Assembly (NCBI GenBank): GCA_002269645.1
Contig: NIVC01001194.1
Coordinates: forward strand, 248,001 to 312,000
Length of the DNA: 64,000 bases
Direction of reading: 5' to 3'
DNA from: Macrostomum lignano
Lineage: Eukaryota
Part shown: positions 61,817 to 64,000 of the stretch, piece by piece
How positions within the stretch are numbered: position 1 is the stretch's first letter
How the letters are laid out: every line of letters starts with the position of its first letter
Notes under the pieces: generated by a model
Database searches by the model: none
Seen by the model: only the letters and a program-made list of their open reading frames with translations
What the model was told of the DNA's origin: nothing
Made by a program: the position numbers and the translations under genes

Positions 61817-62440
61817 GAGAGGGTCAGTCAAAAAGTAATGATAATTTGTTTTAATGCCTAAAATATCATAGTTATCAAACTGCAACTGGTTTCATTAGAA
61901 AAAAAATCTTTTGATCTTTATTTGACAGAGTTTTGGTTCTTCTAAAGTGATTGATGTCTGCATGGTGACGCTCTAATCACAGTACACATTTTTTGGCCCT
62001 TTTTTCCTTTTTGGCAAAGGAAAATTAAAAAAATCGAAGCTTGCACTAATGTGAAGTTTCTTGCCTAACTTGGTTAGAAGCCAGCCAAAATCATTGAGGC
62101 TTTGAAGAAGGTCTATGGGGACACTGCTCCACCAAATCTGACCATTTACTGCTGGATTCAGGCTTTTAAGGAAGGCCGAGAGTCCATGGAAGATGCCCAG
62201 TGGTTGGGAAGGCCTACAGCATTGCGCACAGAGGAAAAGGTGGCAGCTGTGTAGCAGGTACTTGAGCAGGATCGGTGCATGACCATAGACGATATTGCTG
62301 ACCAAGTGGCCATCTCTCATGGCAGTGCTCACTCCATTGTGATGGACTGTCTTGGTCTAAGCAAGCTGAGTGCCCACTGGGTCCCGCGGCTGTTGCGGCC
62401 TGAACACCGGGTTCAGCACACTGAGTGTGCCTCATAGCAA
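61817..62440 (+). mobile_element. Decayed mariner: 5' TIR-like end and N-terminal transposase pseudogene
   Basis: GAGGGTCAGTCAAAAAGT terminus; from ~62030 the frame reads ...KFLA*LG*KPAKIIEALKKVYGD...FKEGRESMED..GRP...DR.MTI..IA...ISHGS...LGLSKLSAHWVPRLL (HTH region plus WVPR motif) with in-frame stops. Confidence 0.9.
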
Positions 62441-62453
62441 GCCACTAGTTTAT

Positions 62454-62990
62454 TGTTAGGCGTTGCTCTTTGTCAGCCGTCGCCCTTGCTCTTGCCCCCT
62501 CTTTGGGTTGCTGTCTGCCACTGGTCAGCTTCCTGCTTTTAGCTTCCAGGGTGTTTCCTGGCTATAAATAGGACCCCTCTCCCCCTTGTTTCCATTAAGG
62601 AGTCTTTGCTTGAGTCTGTTGTTCCTTGAGTTCTAAGTTCCTAAGCTCCCAAGACTGAGTGTCAGCCTGTCTGTGTGCATTCAGTTCTCTTCTATTGGTT
62701 TGTCTGAGACCCTACTAAAGCAAACCCCAAGCCTACGAGAGGGTAACTCAGCCTTCCCTATACCAACCAAGCCCGGCAGGTGTTGCTGATGAGATGCATT
62801 GTATGTTGAACTGCAAATCTGCACATTGTGCTGAGTTCATTGACTTGTTTATTTCATTCTGACAGGAAGCTCACCTCATCACAGGCCGAGACCTGAATGA
62901 ACTGGTGGCAGCACTACCTATATTACTAAGAGTTAAGAAGGCTTCCAAGTGAGAAGATGGAGAGCCCAAATCACTGAGCGGGATAGCGAG
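62454..62990 (+). mobile_element. LTR-like segment with putative PBS interrupting the mariner
   Basis: Starts TGTTAGG where mariner homology stops; CTATAAATAG TATA-like box at ~62560; TGGTGGCAGC (Ty3/Gypsy PBS-like) at ~62904; LTR 3' end not defined. Confidence 0.5.
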
Positions 62991-63595
62991 ACAACCCCGA
63001 GACAACCACAAGTACTTCACCATTTAGGCTTCTTTTTGGCCAATATATAGTGTAGAATATAAATTCACAATAAAAGCTAAAAGGTTTTATACCCCATATA
63101 TGGCAGCCTTTGCAATTTGTGATTTTGATTGAATTTTATAATTTTATTATACTAGTCTAATAGAAAATTGATGAAAGAAAGGGAGGTTAAGCTAGCTTAA
63201 AATGTGATACATATGGAAAAAACTGCCCTTTTTCATTAATCCCATAATCTGCTTTGATCTTGTTTGTGCTAGACCTATTTTTAAACATAGATAAAGTAGC
63301 ACAATTGCAAATAGGAGCAATAATTAATAGGTTCAATTGATTTAGATTTATTTGGCAAATTGGTACAGGCTTATAACATTTATACTAATTAGAAATGGGT
63401 CAAATATAGGCCTAGGTGTACAAAAAACTGTTTTTAATATTTTCAATATTTGCATTTTAATGCCTATTATCTAGGGTTTAATATGCTAGTTTTTATTACT
63501 ATAGTTGCAAGTAAAAATAATCAACTAATTTCTTATAGAGCTTCTTAGTTCTTATCTTCTTAGTTTATCTTAACAGAACAATTCTTGGCAAAGAT

Positions 63596-63930
63596 AGACA
63601 TTTGGTCTGCTACATTGATTTAATTTGGTGTTGTTTGAAAGCAACAAGTCTTTTCTTCAAAATGACCTAAACTGCAATTGATTTTGATTTATATTTAAAG
63701 AGAAATGTGTATTTAAGTAGAGGAAGATTGGCCACTGAGCAGAATTCTAATTTTAGTAGGTATGCTTATATTTGAGCTTCTATAAGTCTATGACCAATCT
63801 CCCTCTACTTAAGTGCACATATCTTTTATAATACAAATCCAAATCAATTGCAGTTTAAGTCATTTTAAAGAAGAGACTTGCTGCTTTCAAACAATACCAA
63901 ATTTATGTCAATGCAACTGACCAAATGTCT
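63596..63930. mobile_element. ~335-bp imperfect hairpin (arms ~140 bp), MITE-like
   Basis: 63596-63734 matches the reverse complement of 63791-63930, with mostly transition differences. Confidence 0.8.
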
Positions 63931-64000
63931 GCAACAAGAAAAAAAAATACTACTTTCTGGATATCCCTCATATAATATTATGTTTTTATTACTATATATA

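Overview
Eukaryotic (animal) genomic DNA with GT-AG introns, Q/A-rich coding exons and very dense minisatellites. The style suggests a flatworm such as Macrostomum, but that is inference only. Seven spliced protein-coding genes can be reconstructed by hand with consistent intron phases: (1) a secreted PAN/Apple + Thr-rich stalk + ALK/LTK-type glycine-rich-domain protein (-, 5683-7804); (2) a phostensin/taperin-like protein (+, 16855-20409); (3) an RPS6KC1-like PX-MIT-pseudokinase (+, 24158-31355); (4) a small LITAF-domain gene absent from the ORF track (-, ~34542-35206); (5) G-protein alpha-i (-, 37968-45005); (6) a TAF5/TAF5L-like NTD2-WD40 protein (-, 50560-~56914); (7) a C2H2 zinc-finger protein (-, 58573-60238). 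Most larger introns and spacers are filled by their own private tandem array (units 4-93 bp), and most long ORFs in the ORF track are artefacts of these arrays. Mobile DNA includes a diverged ~4.6 kb inverted structure at the window start, a tRNA-headed CORE-type SINE, a solo LTR inserted in a minisatellite, a decayed mariner interrupted by an LTR-like sequence, and several MITE-like hairpins. TE remnants in the AT-rich blocks show CpG-type decay. Most notable hypotheses: a kinase-less secreted ALK-type GRD protein, and a TAF5L-like first exon with no upstream in-frame ATG, which could get its start codon from a trans-spliced leader, possibly in an operon with the zinc-finger gene. No bacterial-type system (CRISPR etc.) is supported. 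All homology calls are by eye, with no database search.
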